A stretch of 63,873 nucleotides of DNA, counting the filler, from Octopus bimaculoides (taxonomy: Eukaryota), in the NCBI RefSeq assembly GCF_001194135.2. It is 8 parts of 7 records of this genome, joined end to end, with 100 filler letters (N's around TTAATTAATTAA, not from the genome) between each part and the next. Parts side by side here need not be neighbours in the genome. Positions count along the whole stretch, not along the records: positions 10,850 to 27,348 come from NC_068982.1; positions 27,449 to 31,660 come from NC_068983.1; positions 31,761 to 40,121 come from NC_068988.1; positions 40,222 to 45,892 come from NC_069006.1; 4 more parts are not named here. One strand, given 5' to 3'. The position numbers were made by a program, and so were the translations under genes. Shown one piece after another: positions 26,540 to 41,194 of the stretch (position 1 is its first letter; each line of letters opens with the position of its first letter). A model generated the notes under the pieces. That model searched no databases. It was not told where the DNA came from and saw nothing but the letters and a program-made list of their open reading frames with translations.

Positions 26540-27060
26540 TCTGACAACAGGGAAACAAAAAGACACTCCGCAGTCGCTAGACCTAGTTAATACATCTTCC
26601 TCAAATTTGAATAGGGAATTTTCACCTGTTGCCATGCAAACAAAGTAATATTAGAATAATGACAATAACCAAAATATGGCTGAAGTATCTACCACTCTTT
26701 GTGTATCTACAAATATCAACAAGTTGTAGATAACTTCTGGTGATCCTGGCAAAGTATTTACTGGATTTCTAGGGCAAAGTGGGCTGACTGTAATATATAA
26801 CAATTTTCCTAAAGAACATGAACAAAGGAATAAACGTTTACAAAATGCTTAAACATTGTTTGAACAGTGCTTCTTTATGGTACTATACCTATTTCTAGCA
26901 AGGTAAATGAACGCGTGGGGATTTATTACTTTTGTCATAATGTCTTCGTTATTACGGCAACATGATATAAGCCATAAGGTTTTGGAATGGCTGTGTAATA
27001 CTATCATTAGTGGCGTTCGTACAGTGTATAAAAAGTGAAAAAAGACTTGTGCATTGAAAA
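26540..27060 (+). pseudogene. Possible very degraded hAT/TTF-zinc-finger N-terminal fragment
   Basis: DPG...NFPK..KRLQ...WYY...YYFCHNVF loosely resembles the TTF-type finger; many stops. Confidence 0.25.
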
Positions 27061-27117
27061 GGAAACATAAATCGAGTAACAAAACATGATTTCAAGTTTA
27101 AAATATTGTCGGGAGTA

Positions 27118-27335
27118 AGTACGGCGAGCTGGCAGGATCGTTAACACCCCGGATAAAATGCTTAGCGGTATTTCGCCCGGATTTACGGTTCGTGTTTCAC
27201 TTCCACCGAGGTCGACTTTGCCTTTCATCCTTTCAGGATCGATGAATTAAGTATCAGTTGTGTACTGGAGTCGATCTAATCGACTGCCCCTTCCTCCCCA
27301 AAAATTTCGGGCCTTATACCTAGAGTAGATAAGAA
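27118..27335 (+). mobile_element. tRNA-derived SINE family B (tggcag.atcgtta...gtcgactttgcctttcatcc core)
   Basis: Homologous copies at 5655-5850(-), 8110-8290(-), 18218-18398(+), 45255-45420(-) and 63421-63520(+). Confidence 0.75.
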
Positions 27336-27482
27336 ACCGACCTTATGGNNNNNNNNNNNNNNNNNNNNNNNNNNNNNNNNNNNNNNNNNNNNTTAATTAA
27401 TTAANNNNNNNNNNNNNNNNNNNNNNNNNNNNNNNNNNNNNNNNNNNNATATATATATATATATATATACGTATATATATAG

Positions 27483-27515
<33 letters not shown>

Positions 27516-27709
27516 CATATATATATAGATATATATATACATATATATATATAAATACATATATATATACATATATATGCATATATGTATATACATATAT
27601 ATACATATATACATATATATACATATATATATATACATATATATATACATATATGTATATATATATATACATATATATGTATCCATATATATATATATAC
27701 GTATATATA

Positions 27710-27880
27710 CTCTCTGCGTGGTTGGCTTTAGGAAGGGCATCCAGCTGTAGAAACTCTGCCAAATTAGACTGGAGCCTGGTGTTGCCATCCGGTTTCACCA
27801 GTCCTCAGTCAAATCGTCCAACCCATGCTAGCATGGAAAGCGGACGTTAAACGATGATGATGATGATGATGATGATATGT
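27710..27880 (+). mobile_element. SINE/LINE-tail fragment ending in (GAT)n
   Basis: tggttggctttaggaagggcatccagctgtagaaactctgcc...catggaaagcggacgttaaacgatgatgat; second copy at about 28965-29115. Confidence 0.6.
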
Positions 27881-28115
27881 ATATATACATGACGGGCTTC
27901 TTTCAGTTTCCATCTACCACATCCACTCACAAGGTTTTGGTCTGCCTGAGGTTATAGTAGATTTCTTATATACAATAAATTTCTATATCTTTGTGCAGCT
28001 GAGGATTGCTCTTTATTTTACATTTGATGTAATGTTCACATCACTTAAATAAATTGAGTTGCATGAAACGATTGTACTACATGTATGTATGTATATATAT
28101 GTATATGTATATGTA

Positions 28116-28516
28116 TAGAGAGCTCCTACCTCTGCTAGCAACAAATGACCTCCCCCTCAGAGTGAATGGCTGGTTGTGTGATGCTTGTGTGTGAGCAGCT
28201 ATGCTACACAGCACTGAAACATGGGTTGTGAGAGCTGAGGACATGTGTGAGCTTGAAAGAAATGAAACCAGAGTGCTTTGCAAGATGTGCGGTGTCAGTG
28301 TGCACCTTGAGAGAATAGTTGGGCATGAGGCATCGGATGTGGTATGCAAGAGAGACAACTTCACTGGTATGATCATGTGATGCATATGGACGAGGATTGC
28401 TGTGTAAAGAAGTGCCGATCTCTAATTGTGGAGGGAACCTGCGGTAGAGGTTGACCGAGGAAGACATGGGACGAGGTGGTGAAGCATGATCTTTGCACTT
28501 TGAGCGTCACAAGGTA
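28116..28516 (+). mobile_element. RTE-clade LINE ORF2 3' fragment
   Basis: RELLPLLA..LPLRV.G.LCDACV..AMLHSTETWVV..DMCELERNE..MQERQLHWYDHVMHMDEDCCVKKC..VEGTCGRG*PRKTWDEVVKHDL. Confidence 0.8.
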
Positions 28517-28645
28517 TGACTAGTGACCAAAGCAATGACTAGTGACCAAGGCAATGACTGGTGACCAAGGCAATGACTTGTGACCAAGGCAATGACTTGT
28601 GACCAAGGCAATGACTTGTGACCAAGGCAACGACTTGTGACCAAG
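28517..28645 (+). repeat. 19-bp minisatellite, about 6.8 copies (TGACTTGTGACCAAGGCAA)
   Basis: Units start at 28517, 28536, 28555, 28574, 28593, 28612 and 28631, directly continuing the RTE fragment. Confidence 0.95.
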
Positions 28646-29115
28646 CCCGTTGGTGATATGCTGAGCTTGAGAAGCCAAGTGAACTTGTAGTTGTGGCTGA
28701 TGCTGGTGTCATGTAACTCGTATCCATGGCAGTGGCAATTAAAAGAACCTTCTGAGCATTGGGCCTCATGGAGGCAAAGTGGCTGATATTGATAGCGTGG
28801 GAAGAGCTCCTTTTGAGTGTTGGGCCTCATGGACGCAATGACTGAGGCCTTTGACATTATGTTGTGTTTGAGAAGAAGACCCATTAAGCCAAATAAAATT
28901 GTTGTTGTGGCAGATATGGTGTCACACAAATGGCACCCATGCCGGTAACACATAAAAGCACCCATTACTCTCTCGGAGTGATTGGGGTTAGGAAGGGTAT
29001 CCAGCCGTAGAAACCATACCAAATCAGACTGGAGTCTGGTACAGCCTACCAGCTTGCCAGCCTTGGTCAAACCATTCAGCTCATGCCAGCATGGATAACG
29101 GATGCTAACTGATGA
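28646..29115 (+). mobile_element. RTE-type 3' tail duplications plus a SINE-like tail (ggggttaggaagggtatccagccgtagaaa)
   Basis: Internally repeated cttgagaag..aagcca..gttgtggc..ggtgtca..aaaagcacc blocks; the terminal part is homologous to 27710-27880. Confidence 0.55.
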
Positions 29116-29915
29116 TGAACGCCGACGAAGGGAAATAACCCTGAAATCCGGATACGTTNNNNNNNNNNNNNNNNNNNNNNNNNNNNNNNNNNNNNNNNNN
29201 NNNNNNNNNNNNNNNNNNNNNNNNNNNNNNNNNNNNNNNNNNNNNNNNNNNNNNNNNNNNNNNNNNNNNNNNNNNNNNNNNNNNNNNNNNNNNNNNNNNN
29301 NNNNNNNNNNNNNNNNNNNNNNNNNNNNNNNNNNNNNNNNNNNNNNNNNNNNNNNNNNNNNNNNNNNNNNNNNNNNNNNNNNNNNNNNNNNNNNNNNNNN
29401 NNNNNNNNNNNNNNNNNNNNNNNNNNNNNNNNNNNNNNNNNNNNNNNNNNNNNNNNNNNNNNNNNNNNNNNNNNNNNNNNNNNNNNNNNNNNNNNNNNNN
29501 NNNNNNNNNNNNNNNNNNNNNNNNNNNNNNNNNNNNNNNNNNNNNNNNNNNNNNNNNNNNNNNNNNNNNNNNNNNNNNNNNNNNNNNNNNNNNNNNNNNN
29601 NNNNNNNNNNNNNNNNNNNNNNNNNNNNNNNNNNNNNNNNNNNNNNNNNNNNNNNNNNNNNNNNNNNNNNNNNNNNNNNNNNNNNNNNNNNNNNNNNNNN
29701 NNNNNNNNNNNNNNNNNNNNNNNNNNNNNNNNNNNNNNNNNNNNNNNNNNNNNNNNNNNNNNNNNNNNNNNNNNNNNNNNNNNNNNNNNNNNNNNNNNNN
29801 NNNNNNNNNNNNNNNNNNNNNNNNNNNNNNNNNNNNNNNNNNNNNNNNNNNNNNNNNNNNNNNNNNNNNNNNNNNNNNNNNNNNNNNNNNNNNNNNNNNN
29901 NNNNNNNNNNNNNNN

Positions 29916-29962
<47 letters not shown>

Positions 29963-30799
29963 GTGAATATTTGTGTGTGTGTGTATGTGTGTGCATATGT
30001 GTATGTATATGTGCATGTGTGTGAATGTATATATGTATGTATATATGTGTATGTATGCATGTATATATACATGTATGTATGGATATGTGTATATATNNNN
30101 NNNNNNTATATATAGGTATATGTGTATATACATATAAATGTATGTATATATATATATATGTATATATACATACATATTTGTCTAAGGTACATATATATAT
30201 TGCATGTATATATTATTTACTTTCGTTATCTATTACAGATGCTATAGACATTCATGATCACCTGAAACAATCAATATCTTTCTTTTCACAAGCTTATAGG
30301 AGTATTTGTTCTATTCTTTTTTTCCAATTTAGAAATATTTTATATCTAAATTAATTAATTACAGAAAATGATTTTTTTACTATTTTAATTTTCAGAGAAA
30401 TGACTTTTTGGTTGTGTAAATTTTTCTGTTCAAAAAAAGAAAAAGGAAATAAAATTATTTTATTTGTAATTTTAAGAATTTGTTGATTTTTATTTTAGAA
30501 AAAAAAAATGGTAATGAAAATTGGCTAGAGTTAAAAAAAAAAAAAATTCTAGAAAACATGTTTTCTTAATAAAACTGTACTAGATTCAAATGATGTATTG
30601 TTCATGATCGGTTATTGTTATGAATTATTTTTCCTCCTATAGATAAAAAAAGACAAAAATAAAAAATAAAACTCTATAGAAATTTGTGCAGTATTCTATT
30701 TTTAATCACTTTACGTAAAAATTCAATTAATTTAGTTCATTATATAAATTTTTAAAAAAATGACATCAAATGGACTTATTGAAATTGCTTAGATATATA

Positions 30800-31160
30800 G
30801 GTGCAGGCATGGTCTTGTGGTAGGAAGTTTGCTTTCCAACCACATGCTTGTGGGTTCAGCCTCATTGTGTGGCACCTTGGGCAAGTGTCATCTACTAATA
30901 CTCCTCAGCTGACTAAAGCCTTGTGAGTAGATTTGGTAGATAGAAACTGAAGGAAGCCCATTGTATACATATATGAATATATCTATGTGTGTGTGTGTCA
31001 TTGTCCTCTACCACTGCTTCATAACCAGTGATGGTTTGTTTACCTCCCCATAATATAGCAGTTTTGTGAAATGAGATTGGTAGAATAAGTACCAGAAAGA
31101 AGACAGTGTACTTGGATCGATTTGTTTCACGAAACACTTTGAGATGGTATCCCAACATGA
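30800..31160 (+). mobile_element. SINE family A copy
   Basis: ggtgcaggcatggtcttgtggtagg...ccttgggcaagtgtcatctacta...gatttggtagatagaaactgaaggaagccc, diverged tail. Confidence 0.75.
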
Positions 31161-31290
31161 CAAAGATAAAACATGGAAAATATGCTTAACCCATTCGCAA
31201 CTTTATTTTTAAGCTTGAAAATAATGAAGAATTTGGAGAGATTTAGTGAAGTAATTCTTTAGCAAAATATTTAAGCTGGTATCTGGAATA

Positions 31291-31468
31291 CAGTAATCCC
31301 TTGCCTTATCACGGTTCACCTATCGCAGTTTATTATTTAAGCTTACATTGATTCCTCTGTGGTGTTGTTTTGCATTTATAATAAAATAAGTATATACAAA
31401 TTATACACTTGGCAGATTTTTACCTGTCACGGGGTGTTATGGAACCTGCAATAGTCAAGGGATTACTG
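31291..31468. mobile_element. Tigger/pogo-type MITE
   Basis: TIR CAGTAATCCCTTG at both ends with TA target duplications at 31289-90 and 31469-70. Confidence 0.8.
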
Positions 31469-31625
31469 TATACTAAAAGGTTTTTGCATAAAATTATACT
31501 GAAAAGTTTTAATTTAAATGTGAATACTCTAAAACTAGGCAGAGTATCAGAGAGTTGATTGCAAATGTGTTCAACTGTCATGAAATGACTAATATACAAT
31601 ATGATATATATTTATTATATTATTA

Positions 31626-31660
<35 letters not shown>

Positions 31661-31833
31661 NNNNNNNNNNNNNNNNNNNNNNNNNNNNNNNNNNNNNNNN
31701 NNNNTTAATTAATTAANNNNNNNNNNNNNNNNNNNNNNNNNNNNNNNNNNNNNNNNNNNNATATATATATATATTTATATATATATTTATATATATATAT
31801 ACATATGTAGATATATATAGATAGATAGCTAGC

Positions 31834-31908
<75 letters not shown>

Positions 31909-33773
31909 TTCGTTGGTTGAATAGAATCTGCTTTCGCATTATTGACGTCAGCATTCTCCTGGTACTTGAAATCCTTAGGTTAAAATAATGATTAATCAAG
32001 ATTCTTTGTATTCTAGTATGTTGCTTTCGTCTTTCCACATTATTTTACATTACAGTGGCTAAATTCCTATAGGTTTTACCATTGAAAACTCACTTTGATC
32101 AGATCTATATCAGAAATTGCATCCCTTATATATATATATGAACAGAATCTGTTCATAAGTATATGACAAGAGAATGAATGAGTTGGGTGAAAATGAATAA
32201 AATAAAATCATGCGGATATACCTGTAATATAGAAATGGCAATTTCAATTCCAGTTTCCTCTTCACCTCTACTTGCAAACAATCAAACTAAGAAATCTATG
32301 CTCTAAACTGAAAGGTAGGAATATAGAATGAATTAGCAAATTATCACGTCTGAAAAGCCATTTTGCAGGGAAGACCAGCAACATTACCATGCCGATAGCA
32401 ACATGAAAATCTCAGACACATAAACGTACTTCTAGTCACAGAATATAAATAACAATTTGTTTTTTATAACGTAGATGTCAAATAATCTGTTTAATGAAGC
32501 ACTGTCTCTATGATATTATGTGAATATTTGAGGGGCAAGCGGAGATCAGGGAAATTCATTCAGTTTAACTTAGCTGGCAAAGCTTTCTGGAACCTGGTGT
32601 TCCCATTAAAGGAATTAAATTTGTGTGTTCCACTACGAGTTTGATACCGAAACCACGTAGGTGCGAAGAAAATTTCTTCACCAATCAGCAATGTCTCCGC
32701 CTATGTAAAGCTTTAAGTGAAAAGTTTAGTATCTAAGCCATTATCACCGTCAATTCTTAATCAAATATATCAAATGGATATCCCATGTTATTCGATATAA
32801 TCTACTTGTTGTACACGAACTATTGATTTTTTTCTCCTATATAAGGAAAACGGCAGAAGTTTCGTTTGATGTTTTTCTTCTCATGAGAACTATAAAATCC
32901 ATAGACTATCTACCCTGTAGGAAAAATTGATATGTTTCTGATTTGCAGCGAGGATAAAAGATTTCAACAGACAGATATCAATCTAGGTTGCCGCTTACAT
33001 ATGGAGGCTGGGAAAATGTTCATAAGCTACATTAAAAGTGCGCGTTTACTAAGTAAAATGATGGATGGGGAGGACATCATCGAAGGTTGGTGTTCACATT
33101 AGTTATCTAAATTAATCTAAGTTGTCAGAATCTGTAAGTTTTCCAACAAAAGTATTTTGAAGAAGAACAAAGAAACAAATGTCTAGAATTCTCAGATTAC
33201 GTTTTTTGAGATTATAATTTTATCGACTAAACGACATAGGTTTAATATATAGAGTTATAAACTGTATATCTATACTAAGATTTCATCGGTTTATATGTCA
33301 TTGGTAATAAAAATGAGTATCTCTGGTTTCTAAATAAAGGTTTTAAACTTTGAAATGAATTTTGAGTCGGAAAAAGCAGGCGATATTGACCAATGGAACA
33401 GAACGTACTATGATGTTGGGATAAATATTCTGGGAGCGTAGACATGTTACCATGAAGTAGAGAAATTTGAAAAGACAACACGAAACCGGTTATTTCTCCA
33501 AATACAATGGTTATATACCAAAAAAAAATTATAACATTTTTCTGACATATTTTAAATATATACTTTAACCATGTAACACAAGACTTCTGTAGTTTTTTCA
33601 CTCTTGTTTATCTTTTATACATCCAACCACGTGCTTCCACATACCAATTTTCTCACCTATATATATANNNNNNNNNNNNNNNNNNNNNNNNNNNNNNNNN
33701 NNNNNNNNNNNNNNNNNNNNNNNNNNNNNNNNNNNNNNNNNNNNNNNNNNNNNNNNNNNNNNNNNNNNNNNNN

Positions 33774-33947
33774 AACGTTGACCACTAACGTGGACATTCA
33801 ATGTGCTAGAAATAGATCACATCTTATGTCTACTAAGATTTTTTCGGTATTCCGCTAAATTTCGTTTTCAGAACAATTTAGGTCTTAGTAGACACAAGAT
33901 GTGATCTATTACTAGCACATTGAATGTCCACGTTAGTGGTCAACGTT
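33774..33947. mobile_element. MITE-like element with 65-bp terminal inverted repeats
   Basis: Arms 33774-33838 and 33883-33947 differ at 2 of 65 positions; TA repeats on the right flank, N gap on the left. Confidence 0.8.
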
Positions 33948-34619
33948 ATATATAAAAATATACTTTAATCCCCTGAGATTGCAGATATTGTTTCTGAATC
34001 TCTTTGATTCTTTAAATGTGCTAGCTTCCTGGTAATTAATCGATATTAATTAATATATGATTGTTTGCCCTATGTTTTAATATATATATATATATATTCT
34101 AATGCTAAGATAAACAGTTAGAAGCTTATCATCTAAATAAAAGACACCACAAACACAACAATAACGACGCAGAAGATACAGTCTTCACTCCATCGATTAT
34201 ATTGAAGCGTAAATGTAAGATAATCAATTTCATGGTATTACTTAACCAAAACTTTAAATTTCAACGCGAAACCAAATCCTCTGCCTACTGCTAGATTCTA
34301 GCGCACGATTTTCCGCTACGAAATAGCAAAGAGCGAGAGAAATTTAAAGGTGAATATATAGATACATTACTTAAAAGTGTTCCAGGAATAAAGGGAAAAA
34401 AAGACAAAAGCGAATTACTTAATTGATCCCTGTGAACCGTACTGCAGGCAAACTTTTATACAGAGACTAGCAAAATTACACTTGAGATAAGTTACGCAAA
34501 AATGATAACTACGCATCGTTTAGTCGTTCTTTTGTGAATATTGCAGCGACCACAATAACCTCACTCTCTTTCTGTCACTCTCACATCTCACTCTCTCTCT
34601 CTGTTTCTCTTTCTCTATG

Positions 34620-34679
<60 letters not shown>

Positions 34680-34684
34680 CAATG

Positions 34685-34850
34685 CAGTCGCTGCTAATGG
34701 CAGGTCAGAAAGTTACCATTTGTTTCATAGTGCCCCCAGTAATATAGGCTATTCATCTGAACAGCAGGCTTGCTGAGTTCTCTATATTACTAAGAGCAAA
34801 CTAGGCGTGAGATCAACGGTCACTTTCTGACCAGCCATTACCAACGACTA
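34685..34850. mobile_element. MITE-like element with about 33-bp TIRs
   Basis: cagtcgctgctaatggcaggtcagaaagttacc versus the reverse complement of ggtcactttctgaccagccattaccaacgacta. Confidence 0.6.
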
Positions 34851-34882
34851 CGGAAAATATTACTACTGAATAAACTAATGAA

Positions 34883-34936
<54 letters not shown>

Positions 34937-35323
34937 GTGGGTGTGTGTGCGTGTGTATGTTGTTTTATGAAATATGTATTGTTTTACAACAATCATACGA
35001 ACAAACAATGTTTAAAATATCTAACTTACGCGTCGTTCATCAGATACGAATATTTTGAATCTGGGTCCTTCACTGCAAAAATGACTGCTGGGGAATACAC
35101 AAACAAATACACAAATAAAAACGAAAAAATAAACAAAGGTAGACACATGCACTCATAGAGAAGAACACACACGCACGCACACGCAATCTGGGTGTTCCAT
35201 CTTCTTAAATGTATTATATGTATATTGCGCACTTATGAATATTTACAATTTCTGTAAGGGTTGTGCTAATGTATCTCCTCAGGGTTTATATTATCATAAC
35301 AACTGCAAAATACCTCTCTCTCT

Positions 35324-35371
<48 letters not shown>

Positions 35372-35461
35372 TTCCCTCTCTCTCTCTCTGTTTCTCTTTC
35401 TCTCTCTCCACATCCACAGACACGCACATATACATATGTATATATATATATATATATATGT

Positions 35462-35499
<38 letters not shown>

Positions 35500-36359
35500 A
35501 TATACATACATATATAAACACACTGATAGAGAGGATAAAGATGCATTTTATTCTTCGTTTTGGGATTTTTCCTCTGCTCTCTCTCGTCTCCTCTGCCTTA
35601 AAATTCCGCGTTTTCTTTATATCCATCTTCTTTATGCCATCTGCTTCAGTCACTTATGTTTGTTTTTTCTTTTTCATCTCCAACATCGTCTTACCGTTCT
35701 CCCCCTTTTCTCTTACTTTCTTTTCCATATATTCTGCTGTATTTGTCCCCTTCATATCCTGCTTTATAACTTCACAATTCCACTTCATTCCAGCTCGACA
35801 TTTTCCGTCAAACGATTTCTTACCTTTTATATAAAAGGAAGCACACGTTGCATAACCGTGGTCCTAGATACGAGGCATTTCATAAAGCGAGAGTACTGTG
35901 ACTGGAATATCTTTCATCCTAGCTTTGATCACTCAGATAACAACTATTCTATATTCTATAATTCACGCTATCAAAGAACGTACACATTTTTGTGTGGTTA
36001 TTTGTTCAGTTCGCTCTTAGAAGATAACGAGCTTGAACGTATGTATTTTACGGTCGGGCATGTGTCTTATACATCTGGTTCGAGATGACCCATACCTAGA
36101 GAGTGTAATATGTGTCAAAATCCATTATAACCATAACTGAAAGTTCCAACATCGTCTAACAGGATGTCGAAGTTAAATTTAACGATAAATCATGTCCCGT
36201 TTTATTCAGGAAAAGCTTACTGTAATGGTAAAAAAAGTCAACGACATGGGAGAGTATAAGGATTAAATTTGTAGTTGAGAAAAAGGTAGAGTTACCAGTA
36301 TCATGATGAGTCATATCGAATATCAAAATGTTGACATCATGACTGCTGCTCAATGTTCT

Positions 36360-36970
36360 CTAAACACTGTAAAGTTTCATCGGAGACTACGGAATCTTGG
36401 CCAGAAGGAATGAATACAGAAAGTGCTCCGACTGCATCCGCACGCCGGATTATATCTCAAAAAATCTAAACAGGGCTTAGGCTCATTACAGACGGCTGTG
36501 TGAAGCTTTGTGAGACCGTCGTTCATCCCTGTAGCAGCAGGTTTCGGTTACTGGCCACACCTCCCAGAACGAGTATAGAAGTGGTTGTCGGAGAACTTCT
36601 GTTTGACCAGACCCAAATGTTTGACCAGCTAATTCACCCGCTTGTAATCTCATGGATTACTATGTGTTGGACACAGTTGAGAGAGAAACTAAGCGCTCTA
36701 ACTAGAGCACCAAGGTGGCGCTTGTGGCCAAGTCCAACGGGATGTTGAAAGATCTTCCCAGGGACACACTAATAAAATCATTCACTAAGTTGCAGAGCCG
36801 TCTTGAGGCCGTGGTGGAAGCTAACTGCCGCTACATTGCGTACACTATCTTCTAGCCATTGTGCAGCTGATGGATATTTGGAGTTTTTAAAACCCGGTTG
36901 TTTTTGGATGTGATATTGTTTCATTTTCTATTTATGCTACCTGTTAAATTTAGACCCCAAACACCCTATG
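36360..36970 (+). mobile_element. Tc1/mariner (maT/DD37D-like) transposase 3' fragment
   Basis: Degenerate QQ.S..GHTS...KWLSENF, then PANSPACNLMDYYVLDTVERET and SRLEAVVEANCRY, resembling the WPPNSPDCNPLDYYVW C-terminal motif. Confidence 0.7.
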
Positions 36971-37610
36971 TTACGACGATTCGGCCTGGTAAATATAGTA
37001 TGGTTATACGCACTTATGAAATATAGTGTCACATTATGGCTAATCTAATGATGACTAATTAGGAGCATGAAGGAGGGATTCTTGGTATAAACTGATGGAA
37101 ATCCATTATCTGCTTATGCTTAATTGCATATCTTTAAGTATTTCCAAATAAACCTTAATTATTTCCTACTCAAGTGATTCCCTTTACAAATGAAATGAGA
37201 AATTACAATCACATTCAATAAATAATTGAAGATTATATGATGTACTTCATTCCAATCAATCATTTAAGCATACTTCAACAATGAAAGCATACAATAAAAA
37301 TCCAAACGATATGATACTCTTTCTTATAGTAAAAAGAAACATTCAGAAAACGAGACACTTACAAAACAAGTGGGTACCTTTCAAGATGTAGAGTATCACG
37401 ACACACCAAATGAGATGAGTAGAAACATATAAAGGTAAAAGAATATATACGAGTGAACGCGCAATATACATTGGCGGATATATATGTGTATATATCATTC
37501 TTATACACATACCATCCGAGTTTCACTAAACATATGATGTAGTAGTCAATCTGTCTGTCTCTCTCTCTCTCTCTCTATATATATNNNNNNNNNNNNNNNN
37601 NNNNNNNNNN

Positions 37611-37917
37611 AACAAAAATTCAATAGGTTATAGCAATACGTACGTTTCGTACAAAATTCATTTATTCATGTAGTGACCACACTACATAAAATGTAGGATT
37701 CACTAGACTGTTGAACAGCAGCATAGACAAGATGGTATGTTTTCTTCTCTTACTCTTGTTTTTTGCACACATCTACAAAATGACTTTCTAAAATGAAATT
37801 CCATTATGCAGCTGAGGAGTACATTTTCATTGTACATTTTATGTAGTGTTCTCACTACATGAAGAAATGAAGTTTGTACGAAATGTACGTACTGCAATAA
37901 CCTATTGAATGTTTGTT
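37611..37917. mobile_element. MITE-like element with about 85-bp inverted arms
   Basis: aacaaaaattcaataggttat...cactacataaaatgta is mirrored by tacattttatgtagtg...ataacctattgaatgtttgtt, about 90% identical by eye. Confidence 0.75.
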
Positions 37918-38608
37918 GCTTTTCTTCAAATTTTATTCACCAAATCTCTTGATTTTGTTTTTTGGTTGTTACCCTACCAAATTCTGGTGTCTCAAACATT
38001 TTAAGTACCACATTTAATCTTTTGATTAAATCTATATTATTATTATATATATAAAGATATATAAACATATACACATACAATGTGGTATCATAAATGAAAA
38101 TTCAATCGTTCTAAGATTAACTGTGAATGCCGGAACACCTACATTGCGCAAAATAAGGATGAAAATACTCTTAATACTGTAAGGTGAGCGCTGAGAGTAT
38201 ACGCACATGCTGACAGAAGGGACAACCGCCCATGACCACCTCGAGGAACCCTAAGGATGGTTTATAATTACGTAAGGTAATAGGTGCAGTTGTTTGTCTA
38301 TTCCTACTTTCATTCTACTATACATACATACATACATACATACATACATACACACATAGTATACGTATGCATAAATATATGTAAACGTGGGCACACTTTA
38401 TACACACCCATACGAACACATGCCTACATATACGTACATACACTCGTCCAGCACCACCTAAACACACACTCACACATACGCACATACACACATAGAGCTA
38501 TAACCTGTGGCACATCGTATTACCTCTCTTTTTATTCGCAATATGACAATTTAACAACCTGAATAGAAAATTAAGTTTAAACGCTGTATTATCGATGAAA
38601 ATAAATTG

Positions 38609-40121
<1,513 letters not shown>

Positions 40122-41044
40122 NNNNNNNNNNNNNNNNNNNNNNNNNNNNNNNNNNNNNNNNNNNNTTAATTAATTAANNNNNNNNNNNNNNNNNNNNNNN
40201 NNNNNNNNNNNNNNNNNNNNNATATATATATATATATATATATCATAAGGTACAGTGTATATTTAAATACAAAGGAGGAATCCACTCAAGGGATGCCTTA
40301 CGCTAGAAAGAACAGCTAGGTTCTAGAACCACAAAATTATGGATAAAATGCCGAAAGGGACGAAATGACACAAGGCCATAGAGGGACAGGACTTTTGAGG
40401 AATAGGGCCATAAGGAAACGGACACAGTGACACACGGCCGTAGTGACACAAGGGTCATTCTGATAGAACACCAGCTTCAATGGTTTACTCTGCAGAACAC
40501 ATTGATTCATATTGGCTGGTTTTTATTTAATCCACTTCAGAAAGGGATGAAAGTTAAAAGCAATCAAAAATAGAGACAACAAGCAAAGGTCGAAATACAG
40601 GGTTTGTTTTCTTTCTTTGAAATGTACCTATATGTTTTTGATATAGACAAACTTGCACATACATACATACATACATACATACATACATACATACATACAT
40701 ACATGTTATTGTTGTTTCCTTGTCGTCATCGTCGTTGTTTAACACTAAGTCAGCAGGGACTGAATAGATCCGTGATCAAACATGTACCAGCCATGACCAC
40801 TCTGACTGTGTGTTAGTGTGCATGCATTGAGGCTTGATGGCATTATCCAATAAACCTGATCGCCATGCATTTTAAGAAAGCATGCTGTAATTTGAGATAT
40901 TAGGGCAACATTACTAGCAGTTTGAGTGAAACCACATACAGTCCTTGGGTGAAGAAATAGAAAAATTTGATTTCATTTTCCTTTCTCTTCCTATTTGATT
41001 TTTGTAAAAAAAAACTCACGATTATATCAAATGTTCTCTTCCAG

Positions 41045-41178
41045 TTGCTTTGCCCTCTTCTGGAAAATTCATAGCAAAGTCCGGATTGGTAAAATTCCTT
41101 ATTGGGAAGCAATTCTTCTTCAGGAAGTTTTGCAAGAAACTAATAGAAGAACGAAAGAAAATTCCAATGGATAGTAGC
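41045..41178 (+). CDS. Cytochrome P450 clan 3 (CYP3A-like), internal exon covering the F-G loop and G helix
   Basis: Acceptor ttctcttccAG at 41043-44 and donor GTAAGT at 41179. 134 bp, phase 1 to 0. Translates (x)ALPSSGKFIAKSGLVKFLIGKQFFFRKFCKKLIEERKKIPMDSS; FFRKFCKKLIEERKK fits a P450 G helix and joins in frame to the next exon. Confidence 0.8.
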
Positions 41179-41194
41179 GTAAGTTTTTCTTTTA

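Noticed and set aside
28517-28645. CRISPR-like appearance of short direct repeats
   Set aside because: The units are contiguous with no unique spacers, the context is eukaryotic and no cas genes are present.
28507-30192. Long ORFs (for example 561 aa, 423 aa, 469 aa) in the ORF track
   Set aside because: They are made of N runs and di- or trinucleotide repeats with no domain content.
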